A DNA stretch of 64,000 nt from the human T2T-CHM13v2.0 reference genome, Homo sapiens: NCBI RefSeq assembly GCF_009914755.1, contig NC_060939.1. One strand, written 5' to 3'. The notes under the pieces are model-generated. The model saw only the letters and a list, made by a program, of their open reading frames with translations, had not been told where the DNA came from and did not search any database. Positions 1-13,800 of this stretch are shown in pieces. Positions within the stretch are counted from its first letter, which is position 1; the number at the start of each line of letters is the position of its first letter. Made by a program: the position numbers and the translations under genes.

Positions 1-38
1 ACTGATTCCATTCCATTCTGTTCCTTTCCATTCCATTT

Positions 39-83
39 CATTCCATTCCATTCCATTCCATTCCATTCCATTCCATTCCATTC
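39..83 (+). repeat. Pure (CATTC)n tract at the monomer junction, variable copy number (n=9 here)
   Basis: The tract lies between CATTT and GTGTCC. n=9 (39-83), 8 (1853-1892), 7 (3661-3695), 5 (5464-5488), 9 (7257-7301), 10 (32391-32440), 9 (62934-62978). Confidence 0.92.
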
Positions 84-1892
84 GTGTCCATTCCACTCCA
101 GTCCATTCCATTCGTATCCATTCCATTCCAGTCCATTCCATTTGTGTCCACTGCATTCCATTCCACTCCATTCCATATTATTCCATTACACTCCATTCCA
201 TTCTATTACTTTCATTTCCATTCAATTCCATTCCATTTGATTCCATTCCACTCGGTTTCATTCCATTTGAGTCCACTCCATTCCATTCCATTCCATTCAG
301 TTCCATTCCATTCTGTTCCATTCCATTCCGTTCCGTTACATTCCATTCCATTCGGTACCATTCCATATTGTTCCATTCGATTCCATTCGAATCCATTCCA
401 TTCCAGTCCATTCCATTCGATTCCATTCCATTCCTTTCAATTCCATTCCATTCCATTCCATTACATTCCACTTGATTCCTCTCCATTCCCTTCCACTGCA
501 TTCCGTTCGATTCCATTCCATTGCATTGCATTCCATTCCATTGGATTGCATTCCATTCGATTCCATTCCATTCGAATCAATTACATAGCAATCCATTACA
601 TTCGAGTCTATTCTCTTCCGTTCCATTCGATTTCGTTCCAATCCATTCGATTCCATTCCATTCGATTCCATTCCATACTATTGCATTCCATTCGATTACA
701 TTATATTCGAATAAGTTCCATTCAAGACCATTTCTTTTGAGTCCATTCTATTTGAGTCCATTCCCTTTGATTCCATAACATTTGAGTCCATTCAATTCCA
801 TTCCTTTCGTTTCCATTCCATTTGATGCCATTCCATTCAATTCTGTTCTACTCGACTCCAATACATTCAATTCCATTCCATCCGATTCCATTACATTCTT
901 TTCATTTCTTATCCATTTCAAGCCATTCCACTCCATTCCATTCCACTCGTTTCCTTTCCATTCGAGTCCATTCCTCTCCAGTCCATTCCGTTCAATCCAT
1001 TCCATTCCAGTCCATTCCATTCGAGTCCGTTCCATTCCAGTCCATTCCATTCGAGTCAATTCCATTCCATTCGATGTCTTTCCATAACGATCCATTCCAT
1101 TCTATTCCTTTCGATTCCATTCCATTCTATTTCATTCCATTCGATTCCCTTCCATTGGACTCCTTTCCATTCGAGTGCATTCCATTCCGTTCCATTTCTT
1201 TCCGTTCTGTACGATTCCTACCGTTCGATTTCATTTTGTTCCAGTCCATTCCTTTCGCGTCCATTCCATTCCATTTCACTCCATTCGATTCCATTCCACT
1301 CGATTCCACTTCGTTCCATTTCATTGCATTCCATTCTATTCAACTCTATTGCCTTCCATTCCATTCCATTCGATTACATTCCATGCGATTCCATTCGAAA
1401 TCGAATCAATTACATTGCAAACCATTACTATTGAGTCCGTTTTATTCCAGTCCACTGCATTCTGGTCCATTCCATTTGATTCCATTCCATTCTATTCCAT
1501 TCCATACAGTTGCATTCCATTGGATTCCATGCTATATCTATAAATTCAATTCGAGACCATTGCTTTTGAGTCCATTCTATATGATTCCATTCCATTCAAG
1601 TCCATTACATTTGGTTCAATTCCATTCCATTCGGTTCAATTCCATTCCATTCCATTCCCTTCCATTCCATTCCAGTTGATATCAATCCATTCGATTCCAT
1701 TCCATTCGAGCACATTCCATTCGAGTCCATTCCATTCGATGCCATTCCATTTGATTCTATTCCATTAGTCTCCATTCAATTCCATTAATCTCCATTCCAT
1801 TCCATTCTACTCCAACTGATTCCATTCCATTCTATTCCTTTCCATTCCATTTCATTCCATTCCATTCCATTCCATTCCATTCCATTCCATTC
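84..1892 (+). repeat. Representative ~1.8-kb monomer (unit 1 of ~35.5)
   Basis: The landmark TTGAGTCCATTCAATTCC (start of the 101-aa pseudo-ORF) recurs at 782, 2591, 4394, 6187, 8000, 9793, 11586, 13379, 15172, 16965, 18758, 20537, 22311, 24124, 25932, 27740, 29548, 31321, 33139 ... 61864, 63677 (36 copies). This unit has KpnI GGTACC at 354-359 and EcoRV GATATC at 1678-1683. Confidence 0.97.
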
Positions 1893-3695
1893 GTGACCAT
1901 TCCACTCCAGTCCATTCCATTCGTATCCATTCCATTCCAGTCCATTCCATTTGTGTCCACTGCATTCCATTCCACTCCATTCCATATTATTCCATTACAC
2001 TCCATTCCATTCTATTACTTTGATTTCCATTCAATTCCATTCCATTTGATTCCATTCCACTCGGTTTCATTCCATTTGAGTCCACTCCATTCCATTCCAT
2101 TCCATTCAGTTCCATTCCATTCTGTTCCATTCCATTCCGTTCCATTACATTCCATTCCATTCGGTACCATTCCATATTGTTCCATTCGATTCCATTCGAA
2201 TCCATTCCATTCCAGTCCATTCCATTCGATTCCATTCCATTCATTTCAATTCCATTCCATTCCATTCCATTACATTCCACTTGATTCCTCTCCATTCCCT
2301 TCCACTGCATTCCGTTCGATTCCATTCCATTGCATTGCATTCCATTCCATTGGATTGCATTCCATTCGATTCCATTCCATTCGAATCAATTACATAGCAA
2401 TCCATTACATTCGAGTCTATTCTCTTCCGTTGCATTCGATTTCGTTCCAATCCATTCGATTCCATTCCATTCGATTCCATTCCATACTATTGCATTCCAT
2501 TCGATTACATTATATTCGAATACGTTCCATTCAAGACCATTTCTTTTGAGTCCATTCTATTTGAGTCCATTCCCTTTGATTCCATAACATTTGAGTCCAT
2601 TCAATTCCATTCCTTTCGTTTCCATTCCATTTGATGCCATTCCATTCAATTCTGTTCTACTCGACTCCAATACATTCAATTCCATTCCATCCGATTCCAT
2701 TACATTCTTTTCATTTCTTATCCATTTCAAGCCATTCCACTCCATTCCATTCCACTCGTTTCCTTTCCATTCGAGTCCATTCCTCTCCAGTCCATTCCGT
2801 TCAATCCATTCCATTCCAGTCCATTCCATTCGAGTCCGTTCCATTCCAGTCCATTCCATTCGAGTCAATTCCATTCCATTCGATGTCTTTCCATAACGAT
2901 CCATTCCATTCTATTCCTTTCGATTCCATTCCATTCTATTTCATTCCATTCGATTCCCTTCCATTGGACTCCTTTCCATTCGAGTGCATTCCATTCCGTT
3001 CCATTTCTTTCCGTTCTGTACGATTCCTACCGTTCGATTTCATTTTGTTCCAGTCCATTCTTTCGCGTCCATTCCATTCCATTTCACTCCATTCGATTCC
3101 ATTCCACTCGATTCCACTTCGTTCCATTTCATTGCATTCCATTCTATTCAACTCTATTGCCTTCCATTCCATTCCATTCGATTACATTCCATGCGATTCC
3201 ATTCGAAATCGAATCAATTACATTGCAATCCATTACTATTGAGTCCGTTTTATTCCAGTCCACTGCATTCTGGTCCATTCCATTTGATTCCATTCCATTC
3301 TATTCCATTCCATACAGTTGCATTCCATTGGATTCCATGCTATATCTATAAATTCAATTCGAGACCATTGCTTTTGAGTCCATTCTATATGATTCCATTC
3401 CATTCAAGTCCATTACATTTGGTTAAATTCCATTCCATTCGGTTCAATTCCATTCCATTCCATTCCCTTCCATTCCATTCCAGTTGATATCAATCCATTC
3501 GATTCCATTCCATTCGAGCACATTCCATTCGAGTCCATTCCATTCGATGCCATTCCATTTGATTCTATTCCATTAGTCTCCATTCAATTCCATTAATCTC
3601 CATTCCATTCCATTCTACTCCAACTGATTCCATTCCATTCTATTCCTTTCCATTCCATTTCATTCCATTCCATTCCATTCCATTCCATTCCATTC

Positions 3696-6600
3696 GTGTC
3701 CATTCCACTCCAGTCCATTCCATTCGTATCCATTCCATTCCAGTCCATTCCATTTGTGTCCACTGCATTCCATTCCACTCCATTCCATATTATTCCATTA
3801 CACTCCATTCCATTCTATTACTTTCATTTCCATTCAATTCCATTCCATTTGATTCCATTCCACTCGGTTTCATTCCATTTGAGTCCACTCCATTCCATTC
3901 CATTCCATTCAGTTCCATTCGATTCTGTTCCATTCCATTCCGTTCCGTTACATTCCATTCCATTCGGTACCATTCCATATTGTTCCATTCGATTCCATTC
4001 GAATCCATTCCATTCCAGTCCATTCCATTCGATTCCATTCCATTCATTTCAATTCCATTCCATTCCATTCCATTACATTCCACTTGATTCCTCTCCATTC
4101 CCTTCCACTGCATTCCGTTCGATTCCATTCCATTGCATTGCATTCCATTCCATTGGATTGCATTCCATTCGATTCCATTCCATTCGAATCAATTACATAG
4201 CAATCCATTACATTCGAGTCTATTCTCTTCCGTTCCATTCGATTTCGTTCCAATCCATTCGATTCCATTCCATTCGATTCCATTCCATACTATTGCATTC
4301 CATTCCATTACATTATATTCGAATAAGTTCCATTCAAGACCATTTCTTTTGAGTCCATTCTATTTGAGTCCATTCCCTTTGATTCCATAACATTTGAGTC
4401 CATTCAATTCCATTCCTTTCGTTTCCATTCCATTTGATGCCATTCCATTCAATTCTGTTCTACTCGACTCCAATACATTCAATTCCATTCCATCCGATTC
4501 CATTACATTCTTTTCATTTCTTATCCATTTCAAGCCATTCCACTCCATTCCATTCCACTCGTTTCCTTTCCATTCGAGTCCATTCCTCTCCAGTCCATTC
4601 CGTTCAATCCATTCCATTCCAGTCCATTCCATTCGAGTCCGTTCCATTCCAGTCCATTCCATTCGAGTCAATTCCATCCCATTCGATGTCTTTCCTTAAC
4701 GATCCATTCCATTCTATTCCTTTCGATTCCATTCCATTCTATTTCATTCCATTCGATTCCCTTCCATTGGACTCCTTTCCATTCGAGTGCATTCCATTCC
4801 GTTCCATTTCTTTCCGTTCTGTACGATTCCTACCGTTCGATTTCATTTTGTTCCAGTCCATTCTTTCGCGTCCATTCCATTCCATTTCACTCCATTCGAT
4901 TCCATTCCACTCGATTCCACTTCGTTCCATTTCATTGCATTCCATTCTATTCAACTCTATTGCCTTCCATTCCATTCCATTCGATTACATTCCATGCGAT
5001 TCCATTCGAAATCGAATCAATTACATTGCAATCCATTACTATTGAGTCCGTTTTATTCCAGTCCACTGCATTCTGGTCCATTCCATTTGATTCCATTCCA
5101 TTCTATTCCATTCCATACAGTTGCATTCCATTGGATTCCATGCTATATCTATAAATTCAATTCGAGACCATTCCTTTTGAGTCCATTCTATATGATTCCA
5201 TTCCATTCAAGTCCATTACATTTGGTTAAATTCCATTCCATTCGGTTCAATTCCATTCCATTCCATTCACTTCCATTCCATTCCAGTTGATATCAATCCA
5301 TTCGATTCCATTCCCTTCGAGCACATTCCATTCGAGTCCATTCCACTCGATGCCATTCCATTTGATTCTATTCCATTAGTCTCCATTCAATTCCATTAAT
5401 CTCCATTCCATTCCATTCTACTCCAACTGATTCCATTCCATTCTATTCCTTTCCATTCCATTTCATTCCATTCCATTCCATTCCATTCGTGTCCATTCCA
5501 CTCCAGTCCATTCCATTCGTATCCATTCCATTCCAGTCCATTCCATTTGTGTCCACTGCATTCCATTCCACTCCATTCCACATTATTCCATTACACTCCA
5601 TTCCATTCTATTACTTTCATTTCCATTCAATTCCATTCCATTTGATTCCATTCCACTCGGTTTCATTCCATTTGAGTCCACTCCATTCCATTCCATTCCA
5701 TTCAGTTCCATTCCATTCTGTTCCATTCCATTCCGTTCCATTACATTCCATTCCATTCGGTACCATTCCATATTGTTCCATTCGATTCCATTCGAATCCA
5801 TTCCATTCCAGTCCATTCCATTCGATTCCATTCCATTCCTTTCAATTCCATTCCATTCCATTCCATTACATTCCACTTGATTCCTCTCCATTCCCTTCCA
5901 CTGCATTCCGTTCGATTCCATTCGATTGCATTGCATTCCATTCCATTGGATTGCATTCCATTCGATTCCATTCCATTCGAATCAATTACATAGCAATCCA
6001 TTACATTCGAGTCTATTCTCTTCCGTTCCATTCGATTTCGTTCCAATCCATTCGATTCCATTCCATTCGATTCCATTCCATACTATTGCATTCCATTCGA
6101 TTACATTATATTCGAATAAGTTCCATTCAAGACCATTTCTTTTGAGTCCATTCTATTTGAGTCCATTCCCTTTGATTCCATAACATTTGAGTCCATTCAA
6201 TTCCATTCCTTTCGTTTCCATTCCATTTGATGCCATTCCATTCAATTCTGTTCTACTCGACTCCAATACATTCAATTCCATTCCTTCCGATTCCATTACA
6301 TTCTTTTCATTTCTTATCCATTTCAAGCCATTCCACTCCATTCCATTCCACTCGTTTCCTTTCCATTCGAGTCCATTCCTCTCCAGTCCATTCCGTTCAA
6401 TCCATTCCATTCCAGTCCATTCCATTCGAGTCCGTTCCATTCCAGTCCATTCCATTCGAGTCAATTCCATCCCATTCGATGTCTTTCCATAACGATCCAT
6501 TCCATTCTATTCCTTTCGATTCCATTCCATTCTATTTCATTCCATTCGATTCCCTTCCATTGGACTCCTTTCCATTGGAGTGCATTCCATTCCGTTCCAT

Positions 6601-9600
6601 TTCTTTCCGTTCTGTACGATTCCTACCGTTCGATTTCATTTTGTTCCAGTCCATTCTTTCGCGTCCATTCCATTCCATTTCACTCCATTCGATTCCATTC
6701 CACTCGATTCCACTTCGTTCCATTTCATTGCATTCCATTCTATTCAACTCTATTGCCTTCCATTCCATTCCATTCGATTACATTCCATGCGATTCCATTC
6801 GAAATCGAATCAATTACATTGCAATCCATTACTATTGAGTCCGTTTTATTCCAGTCCACTGCATTCTGGTCCATTCCATTTGATTCCATTCCATTCTATT
6901 CCATTCCATACAGTTGCATTCCATTGGATTCCATGCTATATCTATAAATTCAATTCGAGACCATTGCTTTTGAGTCCATTTTATATGATTCCATTCCATT
7001 CAAGTCCATTACATTTGGTTAAATTCCATTCCATTCGGTTCAATTCCATTCCATTCCATTCCCTTCCATTCCATTCCAGTTGATATCAATCCATTCGATT
7101 CCATTCCATTCGAGCACATTCCATTCGAGTCCATTCCATTCGATGCCATTCCATTTGATTCTATTCCATTAGTCTCCATTCAATTCCATTAATCTCCATT
7201 CCATTCCATTCTACTCCAACTGATTCCATTCCATTCTATTCCTTTCCATTCCATTTCATTCCATTCCATTCCATTCCATTCCATTCCATTCCATTCCATT
7301 CGTGTCCATTCCACTCCAGTCCATTCCATTCGTATCCATTCCATTCCAGTCCATTCCATTTGTGTCCACTGCATTCCATTCCACTCCATTCCATATTATT
7401 CCATTACACTCCATTCCATTCTATTACTTTCATTTCCATTCAATTCCATTCCATTTGATTCCATTCCACTCGGTTTCATTCCATTTGAGTCCACTCCATT
7501 CCATTCCATTCCATTCAGTTCCATTCCATTCTGTTCCATTCCATTCCGTTCCATTACATTCCATTCCATTCGGTACCATTCCATATTGTTCCATTCGATT
7601 CCATTCGAATCCATTCCATTCCAGTCCATTCCATTCGATTCCATTCCATTCATTTCAATTCCATTCCATTCCATTCCATTACATTCCACTTGATTCCTCT
7701 CCATTCCCTTCCACTGCATTCCGTTCGATTCCATTCCATTGCATTGCATTCCATTCCATTGGATTGCATTCCATTCGATTCCATTCCATTCGAATCAATT
7801 ACATAGCAATCCATTACATTCGAGTCTATTCTCTTCCGTTCCATTCGATTTCGTTCCAATCCATTCGATTCCATTCCATTCGATTCCATTCCATACTATT
7901 GCATTCCATTCCATTACATTATATTCGAATAAGTTCCATTCAAGACCATTTCTTTTGAGTCCATTCTATTTGAGTCCATTCCCTTTGATTCCATAACATT
8001 TGAGTCCATTCAATTCCATTCCTTTCGTTTCCATTCCATTTGATGCCATTCCATTCAATTCTGTTCTACTCGACTCCAATACATTCAATTCCATTCCATC
8101 CGATTCCATTACATTCTTTTCATTTCTTATCCATTTCAAGCCATTCCACTCCATTCCATTCCACTCGTTTCCTTTCCATTCGAGTCCATTCCTCTCCAGT
8201 CCATTCCGTTCAATCCATTCCATTCCAGTCCATTCCATTCGAGTCCGTTCCATTCCAGTCCATTCCATTCGAGTCAATTCCATCCCATTCGATGTCTTTC
8301 CTTAACGATCCATTCCATTCTATTCCTTTCGATTCCATTCCATTCTATTTCATTCCATTCGATTCCCTTCCATTGGACTCCTTTCCATTCGAGTGCATTC
8401 CATTCCGTTCCATTTCTTTCCGTTCTGTACGATTCCTACCGTTCGATTTCATTTTGTTCCAGTCCATTCTTTCGCGTCCATTCCATTCCATTTCACTCCA
8501 TTCGATTCCATTCCACTCGATTCCACTTCGTTCCATTTCATTGCATTCCATTCTATTCAACTCTATTGCCTTCCATTCCATTCCATTCGATTACATTCCA
8601 TGCGATTCCATTCGAAATCGAATCAATTACATTGCAATCCATTACTATTGAGTCCGTTTTATTCCAGTCCACTGCATTCTGGTCCATTCCATTTGATTCC
8701 ATTCCATTCTATTCCATTCCATACAGTTGCATTCCATTGGATTCCATGCTATATCTATAAATTCAATTCGAGACCATTCCTTTTGAGTCCATTCTATATG
8801 ATTCCATTCCATTCAAGTCCATTACATTTGGTTAAATTCCATTCCATTCGGTTCAATTCCATTCCATTCCATTCACTTCCATTCCATTCCAGTTGATATC
8901 AATCCATTCGATTCCATTCCCTTCGAGCACATTCCATTCGAGTCCATTCCATTCGATGCCATTCCATTTGATTCTATTCCATTAGTCTCCATTCAATTCC
9001 ATTAATCTCCATTCCATTCCATTCTACTCCAACTGATTCCATTCCATTCTATTCCTTTCCATTCCATTTCATTCCATTCCATTCCATTCCATTCGTGTCC
9101 ATTCCACTCCAGTCCATTCCATTCGTATCCATTCCATTCCAGTCCATTCCATTTGTGTCCACTGCATTCCATTCCACTCCATTCCACATTATTCCATTAC
9201 ACTCCATTCCATTCTATTACTTTCATTTCCATTCAATTCCATTCCATTTGATTCCATTCCACTCGGTTTCATTCCATTTGAGTCCACTCCATTCCATTCC
9301 ATTCCATTCAGTTCCATTCCATTCTGTTCCATTCCATTCCGTTCCATTACATTCCATTCCATTCGGTACCATTCCATATTGTTCCATTCGATTCCATTCG
9401 AATCCATTCCATTCCAGTCCATTCCATTCGATTCCATTCCATTCCTTTCAATTCCATTCCATTCCATTCCATTACATTCCACTTGATTCCTCTCCATTCC
9501 CTTCCACTGCATTCCGTTCGATTCCATTCCATTGCATTGCATTCCATTCCATTGGATTGCATTCCATTCGATTCCATTCCATTCGAATCAATTACATAGC

Positions 9601-10887
9601 AATCCATTACATTCGAGTCTATTCTCTTCCGTTCCATTCGATTTCGTTCCAATCCATTCGATTCCATTCCATTCGATTCCATTCTATACTATTGCATTCC
9701 ATTCGATTACATTATATTCGAATAAGTTCCATTCAAGACCATTTCTTTTGAGTCCATTCTATTTGAGTCCATTCCCTTTGATTCCATAACATTTGAGTCC
9801 ATTCAATTCCATTCCTTTCGTTTCCATTCCATTTGATGCCATTCCATTCAATTCTGTTCTACTCGACTCCAATACATTCAATTCCATTCCTTCCGATTCC
9901 ATTACATTCTTTTCATTTCTTATCCATTTCAAGCCATTCCACTCCATTCCATTCCACTCGTTTCCTTTCCATTCGAGTCCATTCCTCTCCAGTCCATTCC
10001 GTTCAATCCATTCCATTCCAGTCCATTCCATTCGAGTCCGTTCCATTCCAGTCCATTCCATTCGAGTCAATTCCATCCCATTCGATGTCTTTCCATAACG
10101 ATCCATTCCATTCTATTCCTTTCGATTCCATTCCATTCTATTTCATTCCATTCGATTCCCTTCCATTGGACTCCTTTCCATTGGAGTGCATTCCATTCCG
10201 TTCCATTTCTTTCCGTTCTGTACGATTCCTACCGTTCGATTTCATTTTGTTCCAGTCCATTCTTTCGCGTCCATTCCATTCCATTTCACTCCATTCGATT
10301 CCATTCCACTCGATTCCACTTCGTTCCATTTCATTGCATTCCATTCTATTCAACTCTATTGCCTTCCATTCCATTCCATTCGATTACATTCCATGCGATT
10401 CCATTCGAAATCGAATCAATTACATTGCAATCCATTACTATTGAGTCCGTTTTATTCCAGTCCACTGCATTCTGGTCCATTCCATTTGATTCCATTCCAT
10501 TCTATTCCATTCCATACAGTTGCATTCCATTGGATTCCATGCTATATCTATAAATTCAATTCGAGACCATTGCTTTTGAGTCCATTCTATATGATTCCAT
10601 TCCATTCAAGTCCATTACATTTGGTTAAATTCCATTCCATTCGGTTCAATTCCATTCCATTCCATTCCCTTCCATTCCATTCCAGTTGATATCAATCCAT
10701 TCGATTCCATTCCATTCGAGCACATTCCATTCGAATCCATTCCATTCGATGCCATTCCATTTGATTCTATTCCATTAGTCTCCATTCAATTCCATTAATC
10801 TCCATTCCATTCCATTCTACTCCAACTGATTCCATTCCATTCTATTCCTTTCCATTCCATTTCATTCCATTCCATTCCATTCCATTC
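3696..10887 (+). repeat. Local tandem duplication of a two-monomer block (3,606-bp period)
   Basis: Units 3696/7302 and 5489/9095 are each 3,606 bp apart. They share otherwise rare variants: CCTTAACGAT, GAGACCATTCCTTTT, TTCACTTCCATT, CCCTTCGAGCAC, CCACATTATT. Confidence 0.8.
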
Positions 10888-13800
10888 GTGTCCATTCCAC
10901 TCCAGTCCATTCCATTCGTATCCATTCCATTCGAGTCCATTCCATTTGTGTCCACTGCATTCCATTCCACTCCATTCCATATTATTCCATTACACTCCAT
11001 TCCATTCTATTACTTTCATTTCCATTCAATTCCATTCCATTTGATTCCATTCCACTCGGTTTCATTCCATTTGAGTCCACTCCATTCCATTCCATTCCAT
11101 TCAGTTCCATTCCATTCTGTTCCATTCCATTCCGTTCCATTACATTCCATTCCATTCGGTACCATTCCATATTGTTCCATTCGATTCCATTCGAATCCAT
11201 TCCATTCCAGTCCATTCCATTCGATTCCATTCCATTCCTTTCAATTCCATTCCATTCCATTCCATTACATTCCACTTGATTCCTCTCCATTCCCTTCCAC
11301 TGCATTCCGTTCGATTCCATTCCATTGCATTGCATTCCATTCCATTGGATTGCATTCCATTCGATTCCATTCCATTCGAATCAATTACATAGCAATCCAT
11401 TACATTCGAGTCTATTCTCTTCCGTTCCATTCGATTTCGTTCCAATCCATTCGATTCCATTCCATTCGATTCCATTCCATACTATTGCATTCCATTCGAT
11501 TACATTATATTCGAATAAGTTCCATTCAAGACCATTTCTTTTGAGTCCATTCTATTTGAGTCCATTCCCTTTGATTCCATAACATTTGAGTCCATTCAAT
11601 TCCATTCCTTTCGTTTCCATTCCATTTGATGCCATTCCATTCAATTCTGTTCTACTCGACTCCAATACATTCAATTCCATTCCTTCCGATTCCATTACAT
11701 TCTTTTCATTTCTTATCCATTTCAAGCCATTCCACTCCATTCCATTCCACTCGTTTCCTTTCCATTCGAGTCCATTCCTCTCCAGTCCATTCCGTTCAAT
11801 CCATTCCATTCCAGTCCATTCCATTCGAGTCCGTTCCATTCCAGTCCATTCCATTCGAGTCAATTCCATCCCATTCGATGTCTTTCCATAACGATCCATT
11901 CCATTCTATTCCTTTCGATTCCATTCCATTCTATTTCATTCCATTCGATTCCCTTCCATTGGACTCCTTTCCATTGGAGTGCATTCCATTCCGTTCCATT
12001 TCTTTCCGTTCTGTACGATTCCTACCGTTCGATTTCATTTTGTTCCAGTCCATTCTTTCGCGTCCATTCCATTCCATTTCACTCCATTCGATTCCATTCC
12101 ACTCGATTCCACTTCGTTCCATTTCATTGCATTCCATTCTATTCAACTCTATTGCCTTCCATTCCATTCCATTCGATTACATTCCATGCGATTCCATTCG
12201 AAATCGAATCAATTACATTGCAATCCATTACTATTGAGTCCGTTTTATTCCAGTCCACTGCATTCTGGTCCATTCCATTTGATTCCATTCCATTCTATTC
12301 CATTCCATACAGTTGCATTCCATTGGATTCCATGCTATATCTATAAATTCAATTCGAGACCATTGCTTTTGAGTCCATTCTATATGATTCCATTCCATTC
12401 AAGTCCATTACATTTGGTTAAATTCCATTCCATTCGGTTCAATTCCATTCCATTCCATTCCCTTCCATTCCATTCCAGTTGATATCAATCCATTCGATTC
12501 CATTCCATTCGAGCACATTCCATTCGAGTCCATTCCATTCGATGCCATTCCATTTGATTCTATTCCATTAGTCTCCATTCAATTCCATTAATCTCCATTC
12601 CATTCCATTCTACTCCAACTGATTCCATTCCATTCTATTCCTTTCCATTCCATTTCATTCCATTCCATTCCATTCCATTCGTGTCCATTCCACTCCAGTC
12701 CATTCCATTCGTATCCATTCCATTCCAGTCCATTCCATTTGTGTCCACTGCATTCCATTCCACTCCATTCCATATTATTCCATTACACTCCATTCCATTC
12801 TATTACTTTCATTTCCATTCAATTCCATTCCATTTGATTCCATTCCACTCGGTTTCATTCCATTTGAGTCCACTCCATTCCATTCCATTCCATTCAGTTC
12901 CATTCCATTCTGTTCCATTCCATTCCGTTCCATTACATTCCATTCCATTCGGTACCATTCCATATTGTTCCATTCGATTCCATTCGAATCCATTCCATTC
13001 CAGTCCATTCCATTCGATTCCATTCCATTCCTTTCAATTCCATTCCATTCCATTCCATTACATTCCACTTGATTCCTCTCCATTCCCTTCCACTGCATTC
13101 CGTTCGATTCCATTCCATTGCATTGCATTCCATTCCATTGGATTGCATTCCATTCGATTCCATTCCATTCGAATCAATTACATAGCAATCCATTACATTC
13201 GAGTCTATTCTCTTCCGTTCCATTCGATTTCGTTCCAATCCATTCGATTCCATTCCATTCGATTCCATTCCATACTATTGCATTCCATTCGATTACATTA
13301 TATTCGAATAAGTTCCATTCAAGACCATTTCTTTTGAGTCCATTCTATTTGAGTCCATTCCCTTTGATTCCATAACATTTGAGTCCATTCAATTCCATTC
13401 CTTTCGTTTCCATTCCATTTGATGCCATTCCATTCAATTCTGTTCTACTCGACTCCAATACATTCAATTCCATTCCATCCGATTCCATTACATTCTTTTC
13501 ATTTCTTATCCATTTCAAGCCATTCCACTCCATTCCATTCCACTCGTTTCCTTTCCATTCGAGTCCATTCCTCTCCAGTCCATTCCGTTCAATCCATTCC
13601 ATTCCAGTCCATTCCATTCGAGTCCGTTCCATTCCAGTCCATTCCATTCGAGTCAATTCCATCCCATTCGATGTCTTTCCATAACGATCCATTCCATTCT
13701 ATTCCTTTCGATTCCATTCCATTCTATTTCATTCCATTCGATTCCCTTCCATTGGACTCCTTTCCATTCGAGTGCATTCCATTCCGTTCCATTTCTTTCC

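Noticed and set aside
1531-1550. TATA-like GCTATATCTATAAATT once per monomer
   Set aside because: It aligns with the diverged paralogous block at ~700-720 (TTATATTCGAATAAGTT), so it is explicable as decayed satellite. No other evidence supports promoter function.
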